This document shows positions 49,421 through 61,634 of a DNA stretch of 64,000 nucleotides, piece by piece. The notes under the pieces are model-generated. The model was not told where the DNA came from. It saw nothing but the letters and a program-made list of their open reading frames with translations, and made no database searches. The position numbers and the translations under genes are program-made. Positions within the stretch are counted from its first letter, which is position 1; each line of letters starts with the position of its first letter. This DNA comes from Basidiobolus meristosporus CBS 931.73 (lineage: Eukaryota > Fungi > Basidiobolomycota), in assembly GCA_002104905.1 (NCBI GenBank), contig MCFE01000179.1, positions 62,001 to 126,000 of the forward strand, read 5' to 3'.

Positions 49421-50040
49421 TTTACCGATGCCCGCCAGTTTTGTCGTGAGTGGACCTGAGGGGGGTCGGGAGCGATTCGGCCAGAAGTCGAGATCACCAT
49501 GTACTCGGAGTTGTGGGGGGGGGGGAGGGGTCCGACCGATTTGTTTGTGACGTGCCCCAAGTGGGAGAGGATGGATTCCTGATCCACTGAAGGCATTGGG
49601 GAAGATCGAGTATTGAGCACGGCCGCGTATGAAGCACAATGCTGCTGGGGAACGGATCGAGCTTCTCCGCCCCAAGGTCTACAAAGAATGGGATTCCCTG
49701 GCGATAGGTTCCGTGGGGGGGACATGCCTCGAGATGCTTCAAGTCCCCAACCCTGTCTGCCCAGTCAGATCTGGGGAAAATGGCTGGTCCTCAAATTTGG
49801 CATTGGTCCTGGGTGGGGTACACGGATGGCTGGGCGGAGTGGGAGCGTCCCTGACTGACCACCAATCATTCATACAACTTAATACACACTAGTTGTATGA
49901 GCGCCGGTACTACTCGGTTCACAGATGGTATTCCCAGTTGGAGGGAACAGTAGAACCAGATGTGATGGCCAAAAGGCTCGGGAATGGGTTCTACCATATA
50001 TTTATTAATGAAGCACGGAGTGAACAGCGTGTGCACATCT

Positions 50041-51846
50041 CTAGTAATGATAATTGACCTTCTGGCCATGTGGTAGATATTTGGCTGGGTTAAATCCGAA
50101 TCCTTTGGACGAAAAGAAGCCCGGGGTAAAGAAGCTCTTCGCATTGAAGAATCGGTTCCCACCATCGTGCTCTACGTCAAATGTGGTTTTGGAATAGTTC
50201 TTCACCTCCTCTATTGGGATCTTGAAGTAGTTATCACGTACATACTTCCTAGTGAATTGGGCCGCTTCGTCGATGGTCTTTTTCCATTTGGCGGGACAGA
50301 TGGGCGATACGTAGCCTTCATTCTGGTTCAACTGCTCGATGGCGGAAGCATGGCGTGCCTCAGCCTTTCGTACTTTAGACCTGTCGAAACCCATCATCTT
50401 GATCCATTTTTCCGTTAGTGGTCCTGGTCTGCGGAGCTTGTATTTACTGGGTGAGGTTTTGTCCTCGGCAGCAACCTTTCGAGTGGGCTCGGTGTAGACA
50501 TGTTCATTAGGCTCTCCCTCCAAGCCGTGACTGGTAAATAGGTCCTGAACCTTCGAAGAGCTCTCCGATGCAGGGTCCGCCTGTGGCGCAGAATTGATCT
50601 GTGATGAAACCTGGTCATTGGTTACTTCAGGCTGAACTATGGCTGAAGGCTCAAGAGTCGTTTGACCGTTATCGATCTTCCCCTCCAACCCTTCTGGCCA
50701 ATCGAAGTCAACGGTTGAACGACGCTGGAGCACATTTTTGTCCTCTGATTCGACGACTTGTTCCTCTTCGGCATCGCCAAGCGCACTGATATTGTCACTA
50801 GGTGATTCGGAATACCTGTAGCACAGCTTCTTTGTATCCAACATCTGGCCCACATTCCCGGTGAGTCCGGGAAAACGATCTCTGAGGGAGCCGTGCTGAC
50901 CTCCCCAGGTGGTTGGGTAGTCACTAGCAACCTCTGGATGCTGCAACTGCCACCTTTCCCATATCCGATCAACAAAGGCGTGGTGCATCCAGAAGAACGG
51001 GCTAAACAAGATGAATCAATCACTGAGTATTCGTAGGAGATCTGTGGCAAATACTTACTCTTGGGCACTCCAGTGCTCTGACATGTCTCCACCGATCCCA
51101 GTGTGAACATTCCCGTGAGGGTCAACCTCAATCAAGGCCCTTAAGTCTTCGTGCGTCTTGGCCAGTTTAATATCACGATTGATCAGCTCTGGAGCCACAA
51201 AAGGCTCGATCTTGTCTCCGTTACTGAACTCTCTCTTCAGGCACCTTCTAGCGTTGATGGTGGGATCAACGATCGTCCAATTTTGGAACGGCCCGTCAAT
51301 ACATCTATCGACTTTGCGACCGTTTCCACCAAACCACGAGAATGCCACGGAGTCTTGCGGATCTTGAGAATCCAGTGACCAGTCCTACGATGAAAATGCA
51401 AAGCGTTAAGTCATCTAGCGCCGAATGCATCCCAAAGGGATTCCAGAAAGCTTGAGAAACGCTACCCAGTACGGGATGGTGACTTCGGGGTCGACCTCCC
51501 TGATGGCGACCTCGAAATCGTAGAGGAATTTGCGATGCCAAGGGAAAAACATTGGGTTGTTGTGGATCAACTCAAATACTTGTGCATGTATATTGGCCAC
51601 CCTCTCGTAACTCCCACTTCTTTTCATTTTCTGCAAGGCAGTGATGAATTGCTGTCTCTCCTTGTCACTCAACTGGCGGATCTCACGTCGAGCGCGGATC
51701 AAGTCACACTTTGGTAAGGTGAAGCTTTTTCCTGTGGATGCCGGAGTCTTCGCCTGCTGCCTTCCTTGGGCCCCTTGACTATTCACCACTTCATTGGAGC
51801 AGGTAAGTAGAAGGGTTAGTGCAAAGATAATTGGTATGGTTCGCAT
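50041..51846 (-). CDS. Secreted tyrosinase / di-copper-centre protein (3 exons: 51846-51466, 51384-51059, 51001-50041; 555 aa)
   Basis: Signal peptide; CuA (IHAQVFELIHNNPMFFPWHR), PYW|DWS, CuB (PHGNVHTGIGG...D|PFFWMHHAFVD). GT-AG introns of 81 and 57 bp keep the frame. Confidence 0.93.
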
Positions 51847-52430
51847 TGCTAGCTAGGCCCGGGCAAAACCAGAGTGACTGGAGAGAAAGGGGTTGGGAAG
51901 GAGGAGAGGGAGGGAGCGAGGCGACGCCTCCGGAATGAGTCTGGGGTGTTTATATAGCTCCACCCATTCTGAAACTGCCCTCTCCAAGGCACTTGAGGGA
52001 TTTATGATCCTATCGAGTGACGCGAGAAGATTATGAAACGTTTCATGACTCCTCATCTTCAACGTGGATAAACTAGCGATCTAGACGAAACCTTATGTTA
52101 CAATTCACTGGCAACGATGCCTTGGTGAGAGGTCGGGCATGACATGCGTACAACCTCTCCCACGACCACAGCATGATCGACGAGTTTGAAAATCAGAAGA
52201 CTCACTTCGCATACGGAAGCCTATGGACCTTCCGGATTGGTTTGGCAGGTTCGATGTGGGATATGTGACTTTTGAACACCTATTTAGGATCGGCACGTCG
52301 CGGTTGGAACAGTGCAGAAGCGCGAGGGATTTATTGGATTCAACAGATGCAACAGATGCAAAATACTCAAATTTACAAGGATAGAGGATTCATCTGGATA
52401 CTGATTGGATGGTGTGCACAGAAGGGAAAT

Positions 52431-52721
52431 CTAAAGCAACTGGTATGTAATCACACTGCCAGCTAGGATAACCACGCCGGCAGAATATGTGGAACGGTCA
52501 CCGGAGTTCCCGAGAATCCCCTCCGTAGCGTTTCTAACATTGGAGGGGACCGCACCAATACCCGAGGTCACTCGGTTCCAAATACTAGGGAGCACTCCTT
52601 GAGAAGTGGCCGTTGGGGTTGAGGTGGTGAGGCCAGTGGTGGTGGCGGCCGGCGCGGTTGTCTGGGACAGGCTATCAGATGCCAGTAAAGTAGCAACCAG
52701 GGGGATCCACTGAAGTTTCAT
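52431..52721 (-). CDS. Small secreted Ser/Thr-rich protein with hydrophobic C-terminus (GPI-anchor-like), 96 aa
   Basis: MKLQWIPLVATLLASDSLS signal-like start, TTAPAATTTGLTTSTPTATS tract, terminal AGVVILAGSVITYQLL. Confidence 0.7.
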   Translation of the reverse strand: MKLQWIPLVATLLASDSLSQTTAPAATTTGLTTSTPTATSQGVLPSIWNRVTSGIGAVPSNVRNATEGILGNSGDRSTYSAGVVILAGSVITYQLL

Positions 52722-54009
52722 GATGGAGGCGTATGTTGGAAGTGCCACTGGTTACCGTGCTCTTTTTTATACGCTGTCGTTGCATAAGCAAGGATGCGCG
52801 AAATCGACTCTTCGCATGAGTAAGAGGGTCATGGGTTTGTCACCCAAGCCCAAAATAGCACTTGTTGGATGCAGCAATCAACCATGATGCAAATGAACAA
52901 GCACGTTGGGCCCGCAATATTGATCGTCAATACCGGGGTGTTCCCTATTCTGTGAGCTCACCGTCCTCAGCGAACTTCCATCGTGTCGTGCACCCAATCA
53001 CCTGATGGGAATGATCATCAACACGCTGGCTTGGCTGAGCCGAATTTTAGATGAGAGCCACACGAATTCTTGGTGAGAATCGAGTCGCTCCCAATGCTGA
53101 CATCAAACAACCAATGAACACTTGGTGGGACAACATTTACAAAGTCTATTGCCGCCCATCAACAAACAGGTCATACGGGTCGATTAGCTCGGACGCTGGA
53201 GCTGGCGGCATCAGGAGCCTCAACCCATGGCTCCGACTTCACTGGATCGCTTGGATTGCAAGATCCGTGCTTTTCGTTCAGCCAACTGACTCTTGGCAAA
53301 GGCCTGTGATGCGTTTAACTGCTAACCTAGCCATCAGTTGTATCGATTTCATAGCAAGGACTCACCTCACGTAATCTTGGCGCCGGCCGATATGAAGCGG
53401 GTGTAAGGATCCACACATGAATTACCAATGATGCTAAACTACTATTCTTGTTGTTTCGAGTCAATGCCACATGAGTAACCATGGCCCTGCGACTGATTGG
53501 GAATGCATTTACACAAATTCTCCTACAGATCGTCAATGGGCTTCCTCACAATTCCCGGTGGAGAAATATGCATGCAGCATGACAACTTCCCCCATACACC
53601 ATATCGATCGAGATCGGTTTCGAAAGTACGATGTGGTTTTATTTGAACAATGCATACATCTTGAATCTCCACAGCTTTGATAGTTGCAAGAGCAAGACTG
53701 TCAGCTGGGGCAAACACAAACGGATGAAAGCAATATATATTTTCAAACAAGGGAGGCAGTTAAAGGTCCGTATCGGAGCCACTAGGACCAGCTTCTAGGT
53801 TAGCACGACTCCGATAGATCTTCGCAACCTTTGGGTTCATGAGTATATCAAAGTATTTACATGTGATGAGCAAAAGCAATTCGTCGATTGATTGTAATCG
53901 GGCACTTGTCCCGTGTGCATACAGACGCGGTTTGGGAGCATCCGTCGTATGGGTATCTCTCCGAAACATGATGGCGCAAGTGCGTTCCGAAAGTGCTACA
54001 CTCCGAGAT

Positions 54010-54858
54010 TTATATGCACAGCGCGGATTTTTTCCGGTCTGGTTGCATCTGCTGGAAGTGTACGGAGTCAGAGGATTCCTTCTTCCCCGAAGGAGCCAGC
54101 TGGAGCGACTTCTCCAGCTCAACGAGTTGACATATTAGACTCATGTTGGGGGATATTGAGCCGCTTCGCGATTTCACATAATCGTAGGCCTCATTGACTC
54201 CTAATCGCTGGGCGCGCATCACATAGGCGATAATAAGGCTGGCAGAACGTGATACGCCAAGCTGGCAGTGGACAAGAATTCCAAGTTTTTTGGAGCGAGC
54301 TTCATCAATGAATGAGAAAGCATCGTGCAGCGACGCTAGAATGTTCTCTTCGTTATGGCCCCAGGCGAGATTTTTGTATCGAAGCGTCCTGGATGAAGTC
54401 TCGGAGGGTTTATGGTCCATATCTAGTTGGATTGTATGTGATACTATTGAAGGAGTAGTGGGTGAAGCTATCCCATTGATGTACGGGGAATGGGTCTCTT
54501 TCGCCACGTTGAGGATGTAATGAATATTATTTGCAACCAGCATCTCCTTGTCTTGGGCATTCTTCTCGCAACCAAGAAACAGGTAGGGTAAAACGCAGGC
54601 CGGGCCAGATTCGTAGGAGCTCTTTTTGCACGGGCTGACATCGTCCTCGGACAATTGCACGTCAGTGAACCGCTGTGCGATCGAGGTCATCGGTGTTTTC
54701 GGGCATGGCCCGCCTGTCGCATCGTTTAAGCCACAGCCGTTAGGGACAACAAGAGAAAGATTCTTCGAGTTTCTTTTCTTGCTTGACAACGAGCGTTTCT
54801 CTGCGAGTGAAGGGAACGAAGAGTGGGAAAGAGCACGATTAGAGAAAGCGAGAGTCAT
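54010..54858 (-). CDS. Dual-specificity (MAP kinase) protein phosphatase, Pmp1/Msg5-like
   Basis: GPACVLPYLFLG, ILNVAKE, catalytic VHCQLGVSRSASLIIAYVM, ISPNMSLICQL, N-terminal KRNSKNLSL. An upstream exon cannot be excluded. Confidence 0.92.
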   Translation of the reverse strand: MTLAFSNRALSHSSFPSLAEKRSLSSKKRNSKNLSLVVPNGCGLNDATGGPCPKTPMTSIAQRFTDVQLSEDDVSPCKKSSYESGPACVLPYLFLGCEKNAQDKEMLVANNIHYILNVAKETHSPYINGIASPTTPSIVSHTIQLDMDHKPSETSSRTLRYKNLAWGHNEENILASLHDAFSFIDEARSKKLGILVHCQLGVSRSASLIIAYVMRAQRLGVNEAYDYVKSRSGSISPNMSLICQLVELEKSLQLAPSGKKESSDSVHFQQMQPDRKKSALCI

Positions 54859-57233
54859 ATGATTTGGTACACAAGGGATATATCTAAAGGTAAAGAATAA
54901 ACAAGAAAGATGTTTCTATGGGAGTAGAATCAACCGGCTGGTTAAATCAAAAAGGTTATTTTAGGAAAGGTGGATGTATACAAGGTAAGAGAGCAAATAT
55001 ACAATTACGTGTGGTGGCCTTTAGGGAGAGGGGCTACTTATATGCCGAATCATCACGTGAGCGCCCGTCGGCACAGGCTTCAGGTATGGAGGATTAATTT
55101 TAGATAGCAGAGATTCAGAGATTCAGAACCAGTGAATGCAGGTTGGCTACGTCTAGTCCATTGGAAACGATCGAGATGAACACTGATTTTCAAGCGCTGC
55201 TGAATGTCGCCCATCAATAAATCGGATTCACCAGTTGTACAAACAATATCATTCTCTATATGGCTCTTTGTTTTAAAGGCGAAGACACTGAATTTCATTG
55301 GTACATCATTTAACCAAGTGCCATCATTTAGTGGATGATTCAAGTCCAAGAATTTATCTTAATTTCAAGCACCAATCCCCGTGCGGAGCAATTTCGCCTT
55401 GTGCTCCCCGACTTATCCCCTGTCTTCTCGTGTCTTACTCAATTGATTCATGTCTCAGCTCTCCTTTTGCGTGCATGCCTATTGACCATTCTGTTAGCTA
55501 TCTTTGGTAAACTCTAATATGATCCACCCATATCGGTCACACAATATATATAGTATAATGTCATCCAAGTATCGCAGCTCTTAACTGACTGGTCCGGAAA
55601 GCTGTCCTATATCTACCCAATATGGCTGGGTTTTTTCCGTTACAATGATGAGAATGATGGACTGAATAGCCATCAGCCACCTCGCAATCATAATCAATAT
55701 CACAATCACCATCCTAATCACAACCGATATCATCTCCAAATGCATACAATATATGCGCATACAGTTGGAGTTGACGGTGTGAAAATGTATCAAGCCTGGC
55801 AACACAGGTTTCATAGGATACCATTGTCCGTTCCCACTTTAGCGAAGAGCAACGTGCACTCGTGCCAGACAGCGTTTGCTTTGAGAACATCGATATTGGT
55901 TTCTAAATGGAACGTAGTCTCGACAGCAGTCGTCCTAGTTGTTGGCAAATGAAATTATCCTGGGCAGTCTAGACCGTTTGACTCTAGCCAAATTGCAACC
56001 CTCCAGTGAATCAACCGTGCTGAGGTCTAATCATTTCCAACGAATTTCTACCCTGGCAATATGGGTGGAATTTCCATTCTCATTTCTTCCATGTGGAGGA
56101 TTGGCTGAAGAAGAACTGTATCCATTGGCCGAAAATTCTCGACGAAATTCTTATCCAAGGGATTGGGTTGAGCGGGTTACCATTCGAATCTGGCTCGGAA
56201 TATGTAACCATCCCCATGTGACACCAGTCTCAAAATATCGCAATCTGCTAGGCATTTCGAAAATTAACACTAATATGGCTCCAGTGTGAGGATTGACACT
56301 TTATGCAGCCGAAGGCATCGTAAACCCGTATTTTCAGGAACAATATCGATCACTTGCACCATGATCGATGAAACCAGCGGCATTCACAACATACAGACCG
56401 GATTGCCAACCGCCAGAGCGCCAATGAGTCTCCCCGCTGACGTGCTTCTGACTGTTGTCGTTATGTGCGAAGTATTTTTCTGTGTTGTTTCACCGCACAA
56501 GTAGAAAGGCTATTTCTAGATCTAGCAGATGTATCATGATCCAATTAATCACCCATTTCTGCATGAGACAAAGAGGTCACCTCAAGGATTCTTGGAATTC
56601 GCAAACACAAACCTGGCGAAACACCTCGTTTCTAAAGGCCAATGCCCGTTGGTTGTGATTTCGTCAACTCATTAGATAGCGGTCGTATCGTTCGTTCAGC
56701 GAGATTCGGGTTTATTTCTTTAGGATTGATTCAGTGGTGCCATTGTAGGCCCCCCTCCCAGATTGCCCACCGTAATCTCATCGTATTCAGTAAGGCGACG
56801 AGGGATCATTCGAATTGGCAGTTCCCTTGTGAATGATGTCAATCAAGGGTGTCGGCATTGACACAAGGCTCATATTTATCATTATGAAGCATATTAAAAA
56901 ACCATCCCACAGGGAAAATCGTGTTTACCACACCCCACGTTCGAGCGGTGAAAATGCGATCCACTGCCATTGTTTGTGATCCGGATCACCCATCCATCCG
57001 CTGCATGCTGCTGGTGATGGATTACAGTTACACTTTCGCTAGTTTATCGAGATGACATGCGTATAGTGGGGATATGAAGGGGCCAAGATGGATCTGAGTG
57101 GTGTGATGTTTAATGATAAGGCCGAGCATTTCTCGACAAGACTCCTTTTCAAAGATATTAAGCGAGACAGAGGTGGTAGGAAGATAAAGGGGGGGGGGTA
57201 ACGGATGCGCCCAAACCCTGATTCCATCAAGGT

Positions 57234-59541
57234 TCAGCTGAGATCGGAGGACATCTCTATCATCCCCACTTCAGGAAATTCGTTGATCTCCTCATCCCGA
57301 CGACAAAACAGGCCGCTCCAATATTTCAGGTACTTCGTGTCCGGGGTGATGACGGGGTTTTGCTCGTCCCGTTCTCGCTCAAACACCTGGTTCTGGAAGT
57401 CTTCGGGGTTGGAGTTGAAGTAGGACCAAACCGAGTAGGTGGTTTTGTCTGGTTGCGCCTCGACTCTCTCCTTTTCACAGTTGAACAGAAACGTGCCGAA
57501 TTGGCAGGAGTACAGGTGGTAGTGCAGCTGAATCAAAAACCGTTCGTTGAACTCGAACCGTGTAGGGTTCTGGGTCCAGATTTGATACACGCAGTCCAGA
57601 AACTGATGGAATACCGGCGAGGAGTAGCGCCCCTGATTCTGCTTGAAGTACCGATGGTGGACGTTGTTGAAGGTGCTGGCTGCTGCGTTGGTGGTGGTGT
57701 TGACTAGGAAGCTCTTCTCGTTCGCAAGGTGTCCGCAGCGTTCGGTAAACTTGTGTCCGAAGGAAATCCATTCCTTTTCAACCAATACCTCAAAGCCTCG
57801 TATGGTGCGGTAAAAGGGATCCAGACAGAGCTCCGCCAGTGACGTCAACTGCGACGTTCTATCCCAACCATCCGAGCAGTGGACCAGCACGTGGGAGTTG
57901 GACTGTGCAATGTTGTTCACGATCACCGCTGCCCCTTCAAGGATGGACCCGATGTGTTTGAGCCAGTTGGTTTTGGAGAGTTGGATCTTGGTCACTATTC
58001 CAGAAGTATCGGTGGATTGTATCGCTGGGGAAAAAGAAGACAAATCATTTAGCAACCATATGCAGGGGCAGGTGAGGTGAGGTGAGGTGTGAATCCTGGC
58101 GTTATTACCTTCTATGACTTTGTTAAGGCTATCTCTCATTACATGTATATTGTCAATGCCAAGGTACAGTTTCTTGCAATTTTTGTAGTGCTCCATGTTT
58201 TCCGAGCCGGCACCAATCGCCACATTGGCCATAGCATTGGCGGTGGGTCGTGCGTCCACGATGAGGTTCGTTGTGGTTGGCGAGGGGGTGTTAGGGGATT
58301 GTGGGGTGTTGCTCAAGAAGATGGCCTCCACAAGCTTCTCATCTTGTACCGATCTCGCCTGCTTTAAGCCGACCATTGGTTGGCTTGACCTAGATATCGT
58401 AGCCTAAAGATGTAGAATGGACGTGTATGAGTGGACTAGCAAATGGCACGCCAGTTGATGACGTTCAATAACAACCATGTTCGAGCTGTGGATGTAGCTC
58501 AGCACTGGGATCCGGTTCTTGCTTCGATATTTTGCAGCGTAGCTGACGACCGTATCGCTGATCTTACTCGGTACAGCGAGTATCCGCGGATACGTGGAGC
58601 ACAGCTGGGGGTAAACGGGGTCAGTCTTGACGCGAAGGGGGAGGAGGCCATACGAAGGGAAAGGGTGGGTTTACCTGGTATTCCTGGTTCAACGAAGTGA
58701 ACCGCCAGTGGTTCGTCTTTGTCCCTACCCCAAGTCTTTGGTACTCCTCGACAGGGTTGTAGATCGACCAGCCGTCGTCAACGACAAATTTTGGAAACGG
58801 CTGATAGAAAAATGCGTACAGTTGGGTGATGGACTCTGCATAAAAAAAAACGGTCGGTGAGCACGTCGCCTTCCCGTAACGAGGTTGCTTCATGGGGAGA
58901 GGTCAAAGTGTGTAGTATTGAAGCGCTTTGGAGAGTGAACTGAAGGAAGGGGGTTTTCCAAAGGTCCGCTTACCGATGCACGTCAGCTTTTGTACACTCT
59001 CGAACACGTCGACGGCGTCCTGCTCCTTTTCCACCAGGAAGGTGACGAAGAGGAAGTTGCGGCACTTGAAGTTCAACGGGTGGTATCCGTCCGAGGTTGG
59101 GGCCCTACGTTCGACCGTGTAGATAATAGGGTAGGAGATCTACATGGGGCGAGAAGTTGTCACTTAAAGCGGGGAGGGGGAAACCGGGTATCTCGACGGT
59201 CGACCCGGCTCGGGCTTGGGCTTGAGCAAACCGACCGTAGCAAAGATACCGCCATGCGTGAGAAAGGCCTATCTTACCCAAAGCTCTTGCTCAGGGTGGT
59301 TGAATATAAGTTGGTGTGCGGTCAGGTGAAGTGTGCCCAGATGCACCTGGTGCCCTTTCTCCAAGCGAACGTTATCTACCTGGGTGAGCCGGGGGAGGGA
59401 AAGAAAGAAAAACCAGGCATTAGTATAGCTGTCCGGTGTGTGGTGGGAGGAAGGGGAGAAAGATCTCTGGAGAATGCGAAATGCCTGTCTACGATGCAGG
59501 TCTTCGAGATACACAACCTTAGCAATCTTGATAAAATCCAT
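57234..59541 (-). CDS. YMR1: Myotubularin-family phosphoinositide 3-phosphatase (7 exons: 59541-59518, 59379-59278, 59139-58974, 58835-58675, 58604-58476, 58403-58109, 58024-57234)
   Basis: MDFIKIAK|VDNVRL...GTLHLTAH; CSTYPRILAVP; RSKNRIPVLSY; RSSQPMVG; IVDARP; catalytic VHCSDGWDRT; EKEWISFGH. All introns are GT-AG and frame-consistent; the 3' end may have a further intron. Confidence 0.93.
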
Positions 59542-60619
59542 GGCTGGTCCAGATAAAGTTCGTGGCAGTACACAAGAAGTGCCGTCAATGAAAGGTTGGT
59601 CACTTTCAGTTGGTGGGTGAGCGGGGGGAGGACTTACGGAGATGGGTCAGGGCCTAGCAGGTAAGGCCGTGTTGGAAGTCACAAGAAATGGGCCTAGAGC
59701 AATGAGAGGCTTCGTCGAGATCAATGGGGGGGGGAAACGGAATTTCTTAGGTCGTCACCCACTCAGCTACATTATGCCATCTGGATTTATTGGATGGGAT
59801 TTCGCGAATTTAGGAAATCAGGATATCATTTCAAGAAAGAAGTCCACCCATGATGGCTTAAAGCTGGATGACAATCAGCAATCGGGATTCTAGTGGGGGG
59901 GGGGATTTGATTAGAATGAGGGGGACTTGGAATCGGCGAGTGGCTTGTCCACCACTAATCGCTTGGATGAACCTCACACCCTCCTTCATTGGTCTTGAGG
60001 AGAAGGGGGACTGGGTCCAATTCGAACGATTCCCACGTGATTGCTCACCCTATTGGTGACGAATCATATAGGCGCATCACTGATCCCCTAATTCGAGATC
60101 ACCATGCAGCAACACACACTCTGAGGCTAATTTATTGTGCTTGGGTAACGGAGTGAAATGAAAGTTAACTTGGAATATGCTGTGACGCAATCATCGAATC
60201 CTAGTCTCGCCATATTTCGGGCACCGTGGTGCTCTGTAATGTAGTGTAACAGATTTACTTGATTTTAAAACACATTCATGGACGCAACATGATTCATGAG
60301 TATCTCTCAAAGGGGCATGATAACGGACAAGGGGATGGGTGGGGGAGGAAAAACGAATGGGCGAGGGCGAGGGTGAGGGAGAGAGAGGAAAGGTAAAGAA
60401 AGGTAAGTATGGGCTGTTTATCTATATACTAAATAGAATTGGACCTGTTCTATTCTGAAGATTGGCAAAGTTTAGTTACTGCCTGGCGGGCCTGGAACAC
60501 CAGTCACCCAAGCAAAGAGGAGGGCGGTTTATTCTTCACTAGGCCAGTTGAGGTCATGTCAGTCTCCTTGGTCAACATTTTCACGGAAGTCCGGCTAGTG
60601 CGAGGAGTGGCGAGGTGGT

Positions 60620-61634
60620 TCATTTGCCCGGGGCAAGTATATCCATCCGCACCCCACCCCGATATTCCTCCCAAGACTCCATGTCGGTGTATTCTGCGGG
60701 ACGGGCCTTGTTGAAGCTGGCCCCGAGGCTTAGCGAGTGTGTTGCCGAGCTGGGGTCGTGCTGCGAGCCTTGGTATGGGTATTGGTTCGACAGGCTGTGG
60801 GAGAAGTTGCTACGCCCTTGGCGTATCCTACTCGAATGGCTGAGCTGAAGAGTGATGAGAAGACACTGCAGTACCCCTGGGAAAACCAAGCGAGTTAGTA
60901 GGTGGAATAGTGTGCCGGGCCGGGGCCAACGCATACTCACAGTCGATATCAAAGATGATGGAGGAATTGTCGCCCAATATGGCGGCGGTCACCAGACACG
61001 GGGTGATGATGTTCGACGCGGTGATGAGCAAGAAAAAATACATCCCATCTTTGAGGAAAGACTTGAAAATAGGGGATCGGTTTCGGCGGTGGTGGATGTA
61101 GATCGCATGGAGGAAGCACCCACTGAGGAACGTGTTGAGCGTCCACAGACACCCAAACCACACAATGGCAATCACCGGGTCGGGGATGTTCCCGCAGGCA
61201 CCGAAGATCGATTTCGTATATACAGCGGTGGTTGCGTGCCAGGTGTGGACCCCTATGGATGCAGCCAGGCAAATGCCGCCTACGACGTAGATGAACACAT
61301 TGTGCTTGTTGCTTATCGTGGCCTTGATCAGGAGGATGACCATGATGGCATCCAGAGAAAACTCGTGAGCATAGTTGGTGATGAAAGAAACCACCCGGCA
61401 GTCGAGTTGCACGTGCAGCAATGGCAGTAGGAACGCCAATTCTCGGACTGGGCCAAGAAGGTTGGCGAACAGGCAAAGCCAGTAGATCAGCTGCTGGTTG
61501 CTTCGCAGCATCTGGATGGACCGTGAGATGCACCACAGGAAAAAAAACAATACCATGGAGAGGATACAAATGGCTATCTTCTCCGAGAGGATTATCTCCA
61601 TTACCGCCGGATCTACATTCGCGACTACACCCAT
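60620..61634 (-). CDS. Seven-transmembrane receptor-like protein (2 exons: 61634-60941, 60876-60620; 316 aa)
   Basis: Seven hydrophobic segments once a 64-bp GT-AG intron is removed (DID-W-VLQCLLITLQL). Cys at the top of TM3 (LDCRVV) and in ECL2 (GACGN); hydrophilic C-terminal tail. Confidence 0.75.

Noticed and set aside
55080-55349. ORF with faint retropepsin-like DLLMG pattern
   Set aside because: No catalytic D(T/S)G motif; the similarity is too weak.
54010-59541. Adjacent CX5R phosphatases as a tandem duplication
   Set aside because: The DUSP and myotubularin share only the catalytic loop and belong to ancient separate families; adjacency is probably incidental.
60852-61569. Long alternative-frame ORFs (60852-61430 +, 60949-61569 -)
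   Set aside because: They overlap the 7TM gene and are typical GC-rich shadow frames with no motifs.
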